A stretch of DNA of 63,739 nucleotides, counting the filler, from Reticulomyxa filosa (taxonomy: Eukaryota > Protista > Foraminifera), in the NCBI GenBank assembly GCA_000512085.1. It is 17 parts of 17 records of this genome, joined end to end, with 100 filler letters (N's around TTAATTAATTAA, not from the genome) between each part and the next. Parts side by side here need not be neighbours in the genome. Positions count along the whole stretch, not along the records: positions 6,364 to 15,472 come from ASPP01009176.1; positions 15,573 to 18,887 come from ASPP01012385.1; positions 18,988 to 24,630 come from ASPP01043406.1; 14 more parts are not named here. One strand, written 5' to 3'. A program made the position numbers and the translations under genes. The notes under the pieces are model-generated. The model searched no databases and was not told the DNA's origin. It worked only from the letters and a program-made list of their open reading frames with translations. Below, piece by piece: positions 10,487 to 22,715 of this stretch (position 1 is the first letter of the stretch; each line of letters starts with the position of its first letter).

Positions 10487-13400
10487 ATGGAAAAAGAGGG
10501 AATAATTGGACTTGATTTGGCAGCTTCTTCATTCCGTGTTGGTACATGGGAAAATGGAAGAGTGAAATTGTTGATAGACGAAGCGATTGGAGTGTTTACA
10601 AACTGTGCAAAAGAGTTACATAATCTTCCTTAAAAAAAAATCGACAAATTCGTGCAAATGCACCAAAAAAAAAAGGACGTGTTTTTTTCTCTTGCCTCCC
10701 TTTTTTAGACATAATGAATTGAGTGCGCAGAATCGTGTGCACAATGTGCAAGATGAGAATGTCAATGAGTCGTCATCAAGAAAACACCAAAATCAGGCTA
10801 TATCTTTGGAGAGATTGACGACTATCATGAAGCGCATTAAGCAAGAGCTCATAGAAAATTATGCAAGCTGGGACATTTTGAAAGCTGTCATCGCAGTACC
10901 ATTTTATTTTGACCAATCACAAATACAAGTTTTGTAAATACGGTAATATGTGTGTATTGCGATTGGTTAAAAAAACGCATTTTTTTTTATTTATTATTTT
11001 TTTTTAAAAAAAAGGCTGTTAGTGATGCAGCACAAAAAGCAGGGATTGAGGTAATGGAAGTATTGAGAGAAAATAAGGCCGTGATGTTTTATTATTGGAT
11101 GAACAATAAAGATAAGATTAATGCTGAACAACAAGTGATAGTCGTGAATCAGAGTGGTCGAAGAGTTTGCATGTCGTTGGCATCCATCGAAAAAATTATT
11201 GTCGAAGTGAAAGCGATAGTAGAATGGAAACAGAGCCTTGATAGTGGCAATGGCAATAACAACAACAATAATAATAATAATAATAATAATGGCAATGATA
11301 ACAAATTCATTGATGCTATGAAGCGAGTGTTGGAAGAGGGAGATGGATCGGAATACGAAGTGGACCGTGTGATACTTGTTGGAGACTGTTGTAGTAGTAC
11401 TTGTAATCCCAACTCCAACTCTCATCTCGTAACTTTGATAGAGGAATTTTTGCAGAGACCTGGAGTGTGCTCCAAAGATATTCCACTTCGAGAAGGAGAA
11501 GAAGAAGAAGTGGTGACGAAAAGAGAAGAGATAGTGCAAGGAGCAGTGATCCGCGCGACGGTGATGAAAGATGAAAGTCAATTGGGTAATTTGGTCTGTT
11601 TGGACATGGAAAAAGAAATAATAAAAATACAAGAAGAAGAAGAAGAAGAAGAAGCGGAAGGACAACAACAAGATATCGATGAGAAAGACAAAGAAAGCGA
11701 TACAATAAAAAATGAAATTGAAAGATTATTTCAAAAATGTGACGCACAATTGCAAAAAAGCGAAGTCGCATCTAAAAAAAAAGAGCAACGTTTGAAACTG
11801 CAAAAAATAAAAAAACATATCGAGTCATTGAAAAATCCAAGTCTCAATACGCTCATCTGTTATAAAAGAGAAATTGAAGAGCGTTTGGAGTTTTGTTTAT
11901 TTTTTTTAAAAAAAATGGAGCCAAGTTGATGTTTATTTGAAAATAAAAAATAAAAATGTTAGAGACTTAAAAAGTGTGAAAGGATCAAAAAAAGTGCATC
12001 TGTTACTGATCGGTTGCAGTGGCTCAGGGAAAACGACATTGCGAATGGCCATCCGAGATTACTTGCTCGACAAACCGTTTGAAGAAGTGAAATCGACAAT
12101 GGAAAATGAAGAGCAATGGTATAAAGATAACGGGTGGGCAAAGCCTGAACTTGGCCAAGCACAAACAACTATGTGTATTAAAGAAAACTTTTGGAACGAT
12201 GAGTTTGACGTGTTTATCACCGACACTCCAGGATTTTCTGATCCGCAAGGGAAGGAGCAAGATAAAAAAAACTTTAATTCCATTGCAGAGTATGTGGACA
12301 CATTGGAATTCAACGCGGTACTTGTGACCATTCAAGCCACAGTGAATCGTAACTATGAGAAATTGAAAGACGAAATATCGAAATTGCTGGAGCTGTTATC
12401 TGATGACCACAAACGAAATTTCTTTGTAATTTTTACTTTTGCCACAAACAAACCTGGCAGGGATACGTTGCAGGTTATTCAAGATTTGGGGTTGGAGTCA
12501 TGCTGTTATATGTACATGCACAACGTCCGCTATCAATCCGAGTTTGATTTGTCTCAAAACTCAGTCCAACTAAATAAACCCTTTTTCGATGACTCCAAAA
12601 AAAAAATCCGTAAATTGTTAACAGATTGTTCCAAATACTCAGTTTTTCAACGCCTCTGTCTTTGTTTGTGGAGTGTGTTTGAACTTTTTTTTGTGTATGT
12701 TATGTATAGCGAAGTTGATTGAATACATTGCTAAATAATAGTAAATTAATAAACAACAAAATAATGAAGCTTTTCCAAGGAAAGACGTTCAAAGACAAAA
12801 ACTTTCGAGCCAATAGAAAAAAATTGGAAAGTTTAAAACTTCGGATTGAAAGGGAAAACAGAGCCTTAATGATTACTGCTTTGGACAACATGTCCAAAAA
12901 GATCTTGTCCAACCGATTAACCGCGGAACAACTTCAAACGCGCCAATTGTTTGTCGACTGCTGGCAATTGGAGGACTCCAAAGACAATAAAGTTTCTTTT
13001 TCAAATCACACTCTTTTCTTATATTTCATATTTCATACAATTTTTTTTTTTTTAAAACCCTCATCCACTATACATACGCACCCATTTGGGATTTGGAATA
13101 GATAAATGTAATTTGTCTGGCATGCCCACTCAATAAGGAACCATGCTGCGTCAATTGCAAGAAAAAAAAGATAGACAACATTGTAGAATGCGATATTTTT
13201 TCTGATCGACGTGTACTACCAATTTTGAGCGGGACATCATCTGCTCTCGCAATAGGAGCTGCAGCAGTAGCTACTGATGGGCTACTATTAGTTGGCGGAG
13301 CAGTTCTGGTAGCGTATTGCTATTTCGCAGAAAAATTTCAGTGTGCGAACCAGTGTGGTCACTTGCCAGTTCAACATGTGCTTTCTACTGAAATTCCACA

Positions 13401-13548
13401 AAAAACACGTCGAATCAATATATTTCCAACCCATTCGTATTTCGCTAACGAGATTGATCTCACACGACAAATCACGAATTCAATTCAAAACAAGATTCGA
13501 CTTTTGCAACGTGAAAAACAACAGTTGGACAAACAGCTTAAGCAATAG
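10487..13548 (+). CDS. ~856-aa fusion: degenerate Hsp70 NBD + coiled coil + AIG1/septin-like P-loop GTPase + Cys/His domain with a hydrophobic insert; exons 10487-10614, 10709-10928, 11015-11889, 11963-12641, 12770-12991, 13102-13548
   Basis: Hsp70-like: MEKEGIIGLDLAASS, KAVIAVPFYFDQSQ|AVSDAAQKAG, VDRVILVG, VQGAVIRA. GTPase: LLIGCSGSGKTT (G1), AQTT (G2), DTPG (G3), FTFA (G4-like). All five GT-AG introns keep frame; the first donor is ambiguous (10594 or 10615). Confidence 0.8.
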
Positions 13549-15572
13549 GCCTCTTTTTTTTGGAACCAGTTTAACGTATAATTAAGTATGATACTCCAAA
13601 ATGAATGTGTACCTTTCAGTAGTTGTTTGGCGCTGTTAATGTTAATGTTTTGAAAGTTTTATTGTTTTTAGTCATAATTTATTTTTTGTTTTTAGCGTTA
13701 GTCCATTAGATCAACTAAAATCTCAGTTATTGCATTGCATATGTTGGAAAGAGTTTAAACTGCAGTTATCAGGAGGTAGCGAAGTGAAATGAAGTTTACC
13801 GTTCTGTAAGAGAACGAAAAGAAAAAGAATATGCGACCAAGAAATACAAATTTTTTGCAAAGTCCATTTCGAAAAAAAATAAAACATGTACTACATAAGG
13901 TTCGTAAGAGAATATATAATTGTTATATTCATAAGGAGCTGAGACAAAGTCATGAGTTATCACATTGAAGGTACGAATCGTGTCGCTTTCAAAAAATCAC
14001 AGTCTCATCGTCGATTACTAGAGCTGTTTGAGAGAAAACTTTTCTGGAAGATGGGACATCTTTTTCGTCGTTAAGAGAGATGCCGAACATGATCAAATAT
14101 TAGAGAAACGTCACAATAAAAGTTTGCTTAGAACTTTGAGTTCGTTTTTTTCACATTATTTGATTTAGAACTAACAGTACTGTTTAGATACTCTTAACAT
14201 TTTTCGTTTAATTTTTTTACTATTCTTTTAGTTGAGAAAAACATATGATAATTTATTCTTGAAAAAGAAAAAATAGGCTCTATATCCAAAAACATTGTAA
14301 ATGTCTTTTCTATTTAGTATTTGTTTGGCAAACATGTAGACAACGATTTTGTGACTCAATTCGCTCCAATTCTTGTTTCTTTTGACTTGTGTTAATCTTC
14401 TTCCTTTGTGTACTTTACAACTCGGGCTACTAGTAACGGATGTTGCGACGAACTCCAGGAAACTTGGAAAAACTCTAAACAAATCTGGTCCAAACATTTA
14501 TTACCATTGCTTATGAAATAATAGCTTTCTAAGTTTTTTGAACATGGTAAAATAAAAAAAAAATATGCTTTTTGGTAGGATCATGTTTTCTTGTGGATAA
14601 GACAGTAACGTTTTTGAACAAACATCGGGCAAACAGGCTTTGCAGAACAAAAAGAAGTCAGTATTTGTGGTAAATATGGTACATTGTTATGATATTTCTC
14701 TCAGAAAACACATTGAAAAAAATTGAAATTGGTCAAAGAGGCAAGTATTGCTGCAAGTTTTGTGGAAGCAGCTAGTAAGAATCTGGAAATGTAAATCTTG
14801 TGAAATAATAGTAACAGGAGGTGCTTGTACACCATCAAAACGAATTTTTTGTAATAAATGGAAAACTTTTTGATAATGTTGCAACCACTGCAAGATCAAT
14901 TATTAGAAGAAGACGCTCAGCACGGTCTTTTATTTTCTTTATTTTGGATAATCGTAATTTTGTTTGGCACAGCATTCAAAATGAATGCAACAATAATGTC
15001 AAATGAAAATGATTTTTTTTATTGAAAATGTGTCCAATCTTAATATTGTGTTGATCCAACAAAATATTTTGGTGGATCCACATTGTAATCAACTGTTTTT
15101 TTTCTTATTGTTGACTGCAATAACCATCGTACGAAATAACATTAACAATAAAACGATAATATCTTAGATACAAAAAATCTCTTGGTCACCAGTCACGCAC
15201 ACAAACACAAAAGCAAAAACTTGTATTATATCAAATTTTCTAATCAGTTTTGGGGCATACAAAAAAAAAAAAGTGTGATGAATGAAATTTTATAAAGGCT
15301 AAGGGACCAGGGCAAGAATAAGGTTTATAACTACCTGAAATGGTAGTGAAATTAAGATAAGTTTTACTTGCTAGTTATAATTTTGCTAACATGACGGTGT
15401 GCTGCAACCTGCAATTTTTAGCTGGATAAGTTACTGATCTTTTTCTTTCAAAAATCTTTTTTTTTTTTTTTTNNNNNNNNNNNNNNNNNNNNNNNNNNNN
15501 NNNNNNNNNNNNNNNNTTAATTAATTAANNNNNNNNNNNNNNNNNNNNNNNNNNNNNNNNNNNNNNNNNNNN

Positions 15573-15616
<44 letters not shown>

Positions 15617-15993
15617 CATAACTTATTTGCTTTATACACAAATCAATCATCTTGACAACTCTGATGGAGCGTAACATATTTCATAATAAGCTTATTAAAT
15701 TCATTAATCCATCCACTTTGAATTAAACAAGATTGAAGCCAATTATCTAATATAATGTTTATCTTTTGTTCGCTCTATTTGTTTTTTTTTTTTTTTTATC
15801 ATAAAATAGAACACTTTTATTCTAAGTAATTTTTGTTATCTTGTTCTTTGGTCGTTACCGAATATAATACGTGCAATTTGCTTTCATCTACATTCTCTTG
15901 CTGCTGTTCAGTGGACTTGTTGTCGGGAAATAAATTATCCACAGCTTCTGTATTTGCTGCAGAGTTTAAGAGCAAAGACAGACAAATACCCAT
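15573..15993 (-). CDS. 5' part of a putative N-myristoylated/palmitoylated protein carrying the GWI module; exons 15993-15859, 15774-15676
   Basis: MGICLSLLLNS...KLHVLYS|SEQKINIILDNWLQSCLIQSGWINEFNKLIMKY|gttacg. It has an MGxCxS N-terminus and the same donor context as the module exon of the WD40 genes. The gene continues beyond the contig end. Confidence 0.65.
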
Positions 15994-16359
15994 TTCAATT
16001 GCAAGATCAGGAATTTTATTTCCAATTACTGGTCAATTGTAGTAAAAAAAAAAAAGGAGGCTTGAATCTAAAATCAAAACTGAAGAAGCTTTTATATTTA
16101 CGTTGGTTTGTGCTGAAAACTGCAACAAATAGAATGTGGCATAACAATTTCTGCAGACAACACAACAACGCTATTATTACAAGTAAGAGACGAAGACAGA
16201 AAATTCTTGTAGTTATTGTTTTGTTAAAAAAAAAAACAAGTGCTAAATAAAAAATACTAAACAAGACAGTCTATAAAAGAAACTGCTTGCACAACAAAAC
16301 AATTGGTATATTGTGGTTTTTCTAACAAAAACCTTTTTTCTTTTTGGAAATATCTAGAT

Positions 16360-18887
16360 ATGATGACTGAAGCAAAATCTGATGTATTAAAAACACCAAC
16401 TTTGAGTTCTGACTTGTATGATCCAAAATGGAGAGCTTTAAAGGCATTATATGAGGACGTAGTAAGTGAGGAAACGTTAAAAAAGAAGTTGAATGATCAT
16501 GGAGGAGATATTAATGCAGTGATCCAAGATATTTCGCAAAACGAATTGAAACTGGAATCAGTGGATTGGATCCAAAGAGATTACGGTTACGCTCGAAAAG
16601 TAGAAGAGATTGAAAAGCTGACACTTGCTGCGACAAAAACAGTATTTACTAAAAAAAAAAAAAAAACACAAATTTGGTTGACAAGTAATCGAAATACGTA
16701 TCCCCACGCACCATAAAAAATGGGTCCATTTCCAAAAAAAAAAAAAAAAAGGAAAAGGTGATGTGGTATGCCTGTAACTTTGCCGATCACCGAAAAGAGG
16801 AGTTGTTCGTTGATATTTTGGAACGTTTTAAACCGTACGTGGACATGGCAAAGAAATTCACTTATGGCCACCACCGAGTTTTTTTTTTTGCAAAAAAAAA
16901 AAAAAGTGCGTGTCATGTGCAATGTTTGGGTAGGAAAAAATCTATTTAAAAAAAAGAATAGCATGATTTGTTGGGACACTTGGTGTCGCCTGCCTCGGTG
17001 AATAATGTGAGATGCGTGCGATATTTGCTGGAGTCGCAATTAGTGAAGCCATTGGACAGGGAATTGAAACGTGCGTTGAATTTGGCGACCCTATTTCAAA
17101 ACGAAGACTGCATGAAGCTGCTGTTGAGCGCGAATTATTTGGATGAGAGAGACAAAGCCATGCGCGACTATGCATTGCAATATTTGAAAGAAAAGAGCAA
17201 ATCGGAGGTGTTATTGGGATATTTGAAACAGCATTTGAACAAGTTGGAATTGAAAGTGGTGATGAATGCATTGTGCAAAGTAATGCAAGAAATGATCAAA
17301 GATCGCAAATGCATTAGCACCGATCTGTTCAACTTGTGTTGGCTTTACGACTCGAACAAAATGTGGGAGGTCATGTTTTCAAAGTGTCAGCAGCTGCTGA
17401 ATATTGATACATTATCAGAAAAGCCAAATGATTGGCAATGGTTATCCGAATATATGGTCGAAGATCGAAACTTATTAATTTGGTTGGAACGTTGTGTCAA
17501 TGATAAAGATAAAGAAAAGAACAAAGATAAAGATAAAGAAAAGAAAAAAAAAGAGAATGAAGATAATGGTGATAGCGACGAAGACGAAGAAGAAAATGAA
17601 AAGAAAGGAAATGATATATATTGGTCGAAAATAAAAACGTTATGTGATGAACAGCGATATAAAGAAATGATAGTTTATCAAAACACATTGAAAAAAGAAA
17701 TTGACAGCAATGAAGAGAAATTTGCAGAAATATGCTCTTGGAAGTGTTCGAATGTAATATCTCCCAAATATTTGAATAAAAAGAGCAATTGGAGACAAGA
17801 TGCATTTCCAAATGGAGTGAAATGTCATTTGTCGGAACAAGACTTGCTGCAAATGTCTTTGAAAAGTCGCGATGTCACGTTTCGTCCAAAGCATACGTAC
17901 GACTTTGATTTGTATCTGACGGAGCTGCTTTCACGTGCACACGAAGTCGATGAGCAATTTCAAACACTCACAAAACGCATTTTCAATAAATGCAAAGGCT
18001 GTTCGTTTTTAAGTGGACCCATCAAAACTCACGAACGTTGTAAAATGAAAGCTCAGGTCGAATATCGCAATGAAAATTTTCCCAAATCGGCCCATATTTT
18101 AGATATCATTCGTTGTCAGGCCACTTTTGATACCATTGTCAATTTTCGAAATGGTTTGTTCCTTTTGGTCGATCAAATTGGTGCCAACAAAACTAACTTT
18201 GAAATTATGCGAATTAAAAATGGTTTTGAAATTAAAGAAATTAATAATAATAATAACAACAATAATAAGAATGATGATGGTAATAAAAAATTATACAGCG
18301 AACGACTAAAATTGGAAATTCCACAAGAATATAAAGACATCAAAATCAATGTGATATTTACAAATGACAAAGGTCTTCGCGTAGTCGGAGAAATCCAATT
18401 GCTATTGCAACCCATTTCAACATTTAAAGAGAGACAACATCAAATTTATGAGATTTCAAGACAAGAAGAATATCGCTTTGGCGCTTTAAAGCAAGTGTCG
18501 ATTCATTCGTTTGCGTTTCAATTGAAAATGTCAGGTTGTCATCCATCATCATTGTCGCCATTAATGTTGTACTTCCCTTTGGAATTCCGTCGATGTCCAT
18601 ACGTGTTGACTCAAAAAGACTCGGAAGGAAAAAACTATCTCTCGCAATTGGCGTACAATGAAAATTTACATTTGAATTGCGTTCAAGAAATGCTACAAAG
18701 CGGAAATTTCATGCCCACACAAGTGGTACAAAAGCAATTGGCAGAAACAAATCAATTTGGAAATTATCCACTTATGTATGCCTTATGGAAGCAATCTTCT
18801 ATTTCTTTGGTTCAATTATTTGTGCCTGAATCATCTACCAATGCACAGATTATTTGGAATGCTTTAGATGAGGTTTGCTTTTTTATT
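16360..18887 (+). CDS. CUE-like/ankyrin-repeat protein with a RelA/SpoT-synthetase-like nucleotidyltransferase domain (3' partial); exons 16360-16641, 16758-16877, 16962-18872
   Basis: Motifs SGPIKT, ILDIIRC, RIKNGF, EYKDIKIN, GEIQLLL and HQIYE follow the order and spacing of RSH SYNTH motifs. Ankyrin-like segments: RCVRYLLES, EDCMKLLLS, KDSEGKNYL, NQFGNYPLMYA. The N-terminal LKALY..LNDHGGDINAVIQDI is CUE-like. Confidence 0.8.
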
Positions 18888-18987
18888 NNNNNNNNNNNNN
18901 NNNNNNNNNNNNNNNNNNNNNNNNNNNNNNNTTAATTAATTAANNNNNNNNNNNNNNNNNNNNNNNNNNNNNNNNNNNNNNNNNNNN

Positions 18988-19764
18988 TGATTTTGATGTT
19001 TCAACATCCCATAAACGAATTGTATTGTCATATGATCCAGAACACAAATATCTACAACCATTAAATGGTGAAAATTCAATACCACAAACAGCTAATGTGT
19101 GTCCATTGAATATTTGTAATTGATTATTATGTTTGAAATCCCAAAAACGAATTGTTTTGTCAGCCGATGAAGAACAAATGACATTTTGATGATGATTATG
19201 ATAATGATATAACGAAAATTTCGCACAATACACAATATCTGAATGTCCATTGAATGATTGAGCTTGTTTGTTGTTATCAACATCCCATACACGAACTGTT
19301 TTATCAGATGATCCAGAACAAATGAATTGACAATCATCAAATGTTGAATAATCAATACTATTCACCGAATTAGTATGTGCAGTGAATGTATTGATTAATT
19401 TGGATGATGAGCGATATGTGTCAAACACAAAGTAAGTAGTTGCCTGTGTTAACAATATTATGAAAAATAACAAATAAAAATTTGTTATTTTTATTTTAAT
19501 TAAATGAAAAACAAAACAAATAAAACGTAACATAATTTGCGACTAGTTTATCGAGATCATTTATCCATCCAAATTTAATGTGTAATATTCGCATCCAATG
19601 CTGGATAATGATTTGGATCTCGTTTTCCTCTGGCTAATCCAATCACAAGCCACATACAATAAATACAATAAAAACTTAAAGAAGTCAGTTTTTAAAAAAT
19701 TTAGAATAAAACTTACGACTACTAGTTGAGTTAAAGTTTGCTTATCATTGATAAGAGTTGTCAT
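18988..19764 (-). CDS. WD40-repeat protein (3' partial), paralogue of 1-906; exons 19764-19717, 19633-19532, 19443-18988
   Basis: MTTLINDKQTLTQLVV|PEENEIQIIIQHWMRILHIKFGWINDLDKLVANY|ATTYFVFDTYRSSSKL..., with CSGSSDKTVRVWD and similar repeats. Its first two exons (48 and 102 nt) are the same lengths as those of 1-906. Confidence 0.93.
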
Positions 19765-20733
19765 TTTGCAACAGCTTTTATTTTTTTGCTTGTATCGTCT
19801 TCAATGATGTAAAACAGAAAATATTTAACTTTTTTTTTCAAGTTCAATGAAGGGACTTCAAAAATATAGTTTTGCATTGTCTGTGTTTTTTCTTAATGAA
19901 GAAAAAAAAAAGAAAATTAATTCTAATTATATTAAGAATAAATTATTTTTTTGATATTCAGTATATCTAATAATATATGCTCATGATCAAAATGAAAATA
20001 CGAATATTTTTATTATAAAAATTGTTAAGCCAGACAAAATTCAATTATGTGTGCAAACAGGAAAAAATTTATTATGATCCAATGAATTAATTACCTTCAA
20101 CGAAATAAACAAACCAAAGCAAAGAAAGAAATATGATTAAAGTCGAAGATGAAAACTAGAAAGAAAAACAAAGATTTGTTAAAACTAAAGTAGCTCCAGT
20201 TCCTTTTGGTAACAATGCTATTTTGTTTGATGGCTGTTTGAAGCATTTAAGGAGTTAAAAATTTTTTTGCAAGTGCATACAAAGAAGAGTCCTTTTGAGC
20301 ACTTGAGTTCTTAGCCAAAAAAGAAAAAAAACTGGAAGTTGTCCCCTATGACTTTTTTCTTGATGAAAGGAACCCTTATTTTTCGAACGGTCTACATTGA
20401 GATTGCCTATTTGTTCATTAAGAACAAAGTAGTAGAATCAAGCTAACATAAGAAACAAAAAAAGCATAAATTGAAATTTTGAAACGAAAATGTTTTGCGC
20501 TATAGTTTGTGTCAAGCGAAATTAAGGTAAGTGACAATGTTCGTTCCCAGCTTGCTTTGCCATCTAGCATCTCCCACATTACCCCCTTTTCATTTTGACA
20601 GCAAAAATTTGTAAGAAAAAAAAATTGGAAAGGAGAATTTGATCATAAAAATAAACCCCCATTTTTAATCCAATTATAATAAATTTTCTTAAAAAAAAGG
20701 ACAATATAAAATAACAGGATTGTTGGACTGTTT

Positions 20734-21439
20734 TTACCAATCCAATTTAACAGGCTGCCGTTCGGAGTCTTGCTGAGAGTTGTTGTTATCCAAAACATTC
20801 CCAGAGACGTGGTGATATTGAGTATGAAAAAGTGTGCGTGCGGTGTCAGAGCCAACATCGTCTCCAATAACGTTTGCATACAAGACATCAGCAACACTAC
20901 GAGAAGGTCTTCTTTCGCCATTGCCGAGATGATATCCTTCTCTATAACAGCGTTGATTCTCTTTATACAAATTTCGCAATAGTTGTATCCACTCTTTTTT
21001 TTTTTGTTGAGCTTTCAATAGACCCCCTCCATTCAAACAACCTTGCGGACAAGCCATAATTTCTACATAGTGATAACAGGGAATATCTGAACGTTGTTTC
21101 AGTTTCAGTTTTTGTTGTTGATGTGTTTGTTTGTGATATTTTTTAATCTTTTGAACGACGTTTTGTATATTTCGAAAGCCGTATGCGCGAAGCATGTTCA
21201 AGACGATCAATTCGTCTTTGTTGTCGGCACGTGCAGCAAACTTGTTGGGATCCAAATTCAGCCTGCATACCTCTGTCCTCGGTAATACCAATTGGACCTC
21301 TTCCATGTCTTCATTGCGAAGAACTTGAAACTGTATATCAGACACGCTTACCGTGTCCCTTTTGAATATTTTCTTGCAAGTCGCTAAAAATATATTTTCC
21401 AAATAGCCATTGCTGCCTTTGTTATCAACTTCCTACATA

Positions 21440-21492
<53 letters not shown>

Positions 21493-22715
21493 CAAACATC
21501 AGAATGTGTATATTACCAACAATGAATGCAGAAAGAGCTGCTGATCGATAGCACATGATGATGATTTTGGATTGGTGATCAAATATTGAAATAAATTGTC
21601 AATCGACGTGGTCTCGACGACAGGTTTGCCAGTGATGGGAGAAGACGAACCATGAGGAACCGCAAAGGACTGTGCTTGCAGCAGCTGTTCCAATTCGACG
21701 GCGGTGATCACACAATCGACCTCATTCAAGAAATCTTTGCGAGAGGCTTCCAATTTTTTATCAAAGCATGGCATTATGGTGACATGATACACGATCGAAT
21801 GGACATCTTTATTTTCTGTTTCTTTTTCTTCTGTTTGATCCGTGCGCTTCCAATAGTCGTGGATCAACCGACCCATCACTTGTTGCGGCGATTTGACAGC
21901 TGAAATGTAATCGAGCAAATGAGACTCACACGTCTTTTCAGCGTAACACACAAAGCCAGGACATTCACTGCTCAAAATTGGAAAACAGCCACTTGGCGTC
22001 TCTGTGCTGTCCTTTGTCGTCGCGTAGTGCTGCTCATACCGATCTGTAAACTCTTTCACGCTTTCTTTCAATGTTATTTCAAAGGCCACGTTACTGTCGA
22101 ATACACACACCCTTCGATTCTTTCTTTCGTACTGTCCTTTCAGAAATTCACACAATGTCTCAAAAAATAACACGGGGTGGCATTCATAATTCGCTGCCAA
22201 TGACACGCGAACTTGAGGTGATATTGTAAATACCAATGTCATTGCAATATTTTCATGCTCGTTCAAATATTGTTCCATTTCTTTAATGCTTTGTTTCTTT
22301 TTTTTTTTTTTTTTTTTTTTCACCCCTCGTTCATTAAATTTTTTTTTTTTTTCTCACGCAAATACGCAAATACCTGAATTAATACTGTTTCTGCAGATGT
22401 AATACAGCCAGAACATGCCAAACAATCATTTAATGTAATTCTGGCCGACTTGTTGATCTTATCCAATTGAATCTGATCAAAGTGACCACCACTCTTTACC
22501 AAATCGTCCTCTTTTAGGTCGATCGACACTTTTGTAGCCTCCTTTTCGCTTTGGTTCTGCTTTGCTCTTTTGGACGGACGCAATTTCACTTCAAATTGAC
22601 CACTTTCATCTTTTTTTTGTGCTGATTTGTTTGTAGACTGGGTTTCCAGAATACATTGTGATTCTGGTGTAATGTAATCATTTATATCTGCGAGCTTTAT
22701 AGCGTCAGAAAACAT
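20734..22715 (-). CDS. NAR1: Cytosolic Fe-S assembly factor Nar1/CIAO3 (Fe-hydrogenase-like); exons 22715-22374, 22296-21517, 21432-20734
   Basis: ITLNDCLACSGCITSAE, SSECPGFVCYAEK, KSPQQ, IMPCFDKKLEASR, YGFRNIQN, VEIMACPQGCLNGGG, LFHTQYH and the C-terminal W are all diagnostic of Nar1. Confidence 0.96.
21440..21490. repeat. (ATT)n microsatellite in the NAR1 intron
   Basis: About 17 tandem ATT units. Confidence 0.9.

Noticed and set aside
14200-15010. Coding-like stretch with short ORFs on both strands
   Set aside because: No recognisable motif or consistent frame; possibly an old pseudogene or element.
20734-22715. [FeFe]-hydrogenase indicating anaerobic metabolism
   Set aside because: The motifs (CLACSGC, SSECPG, terminal W) are those of the universal eukaryotic Nar1/CIAO3, not a catalytic hydrogenase.
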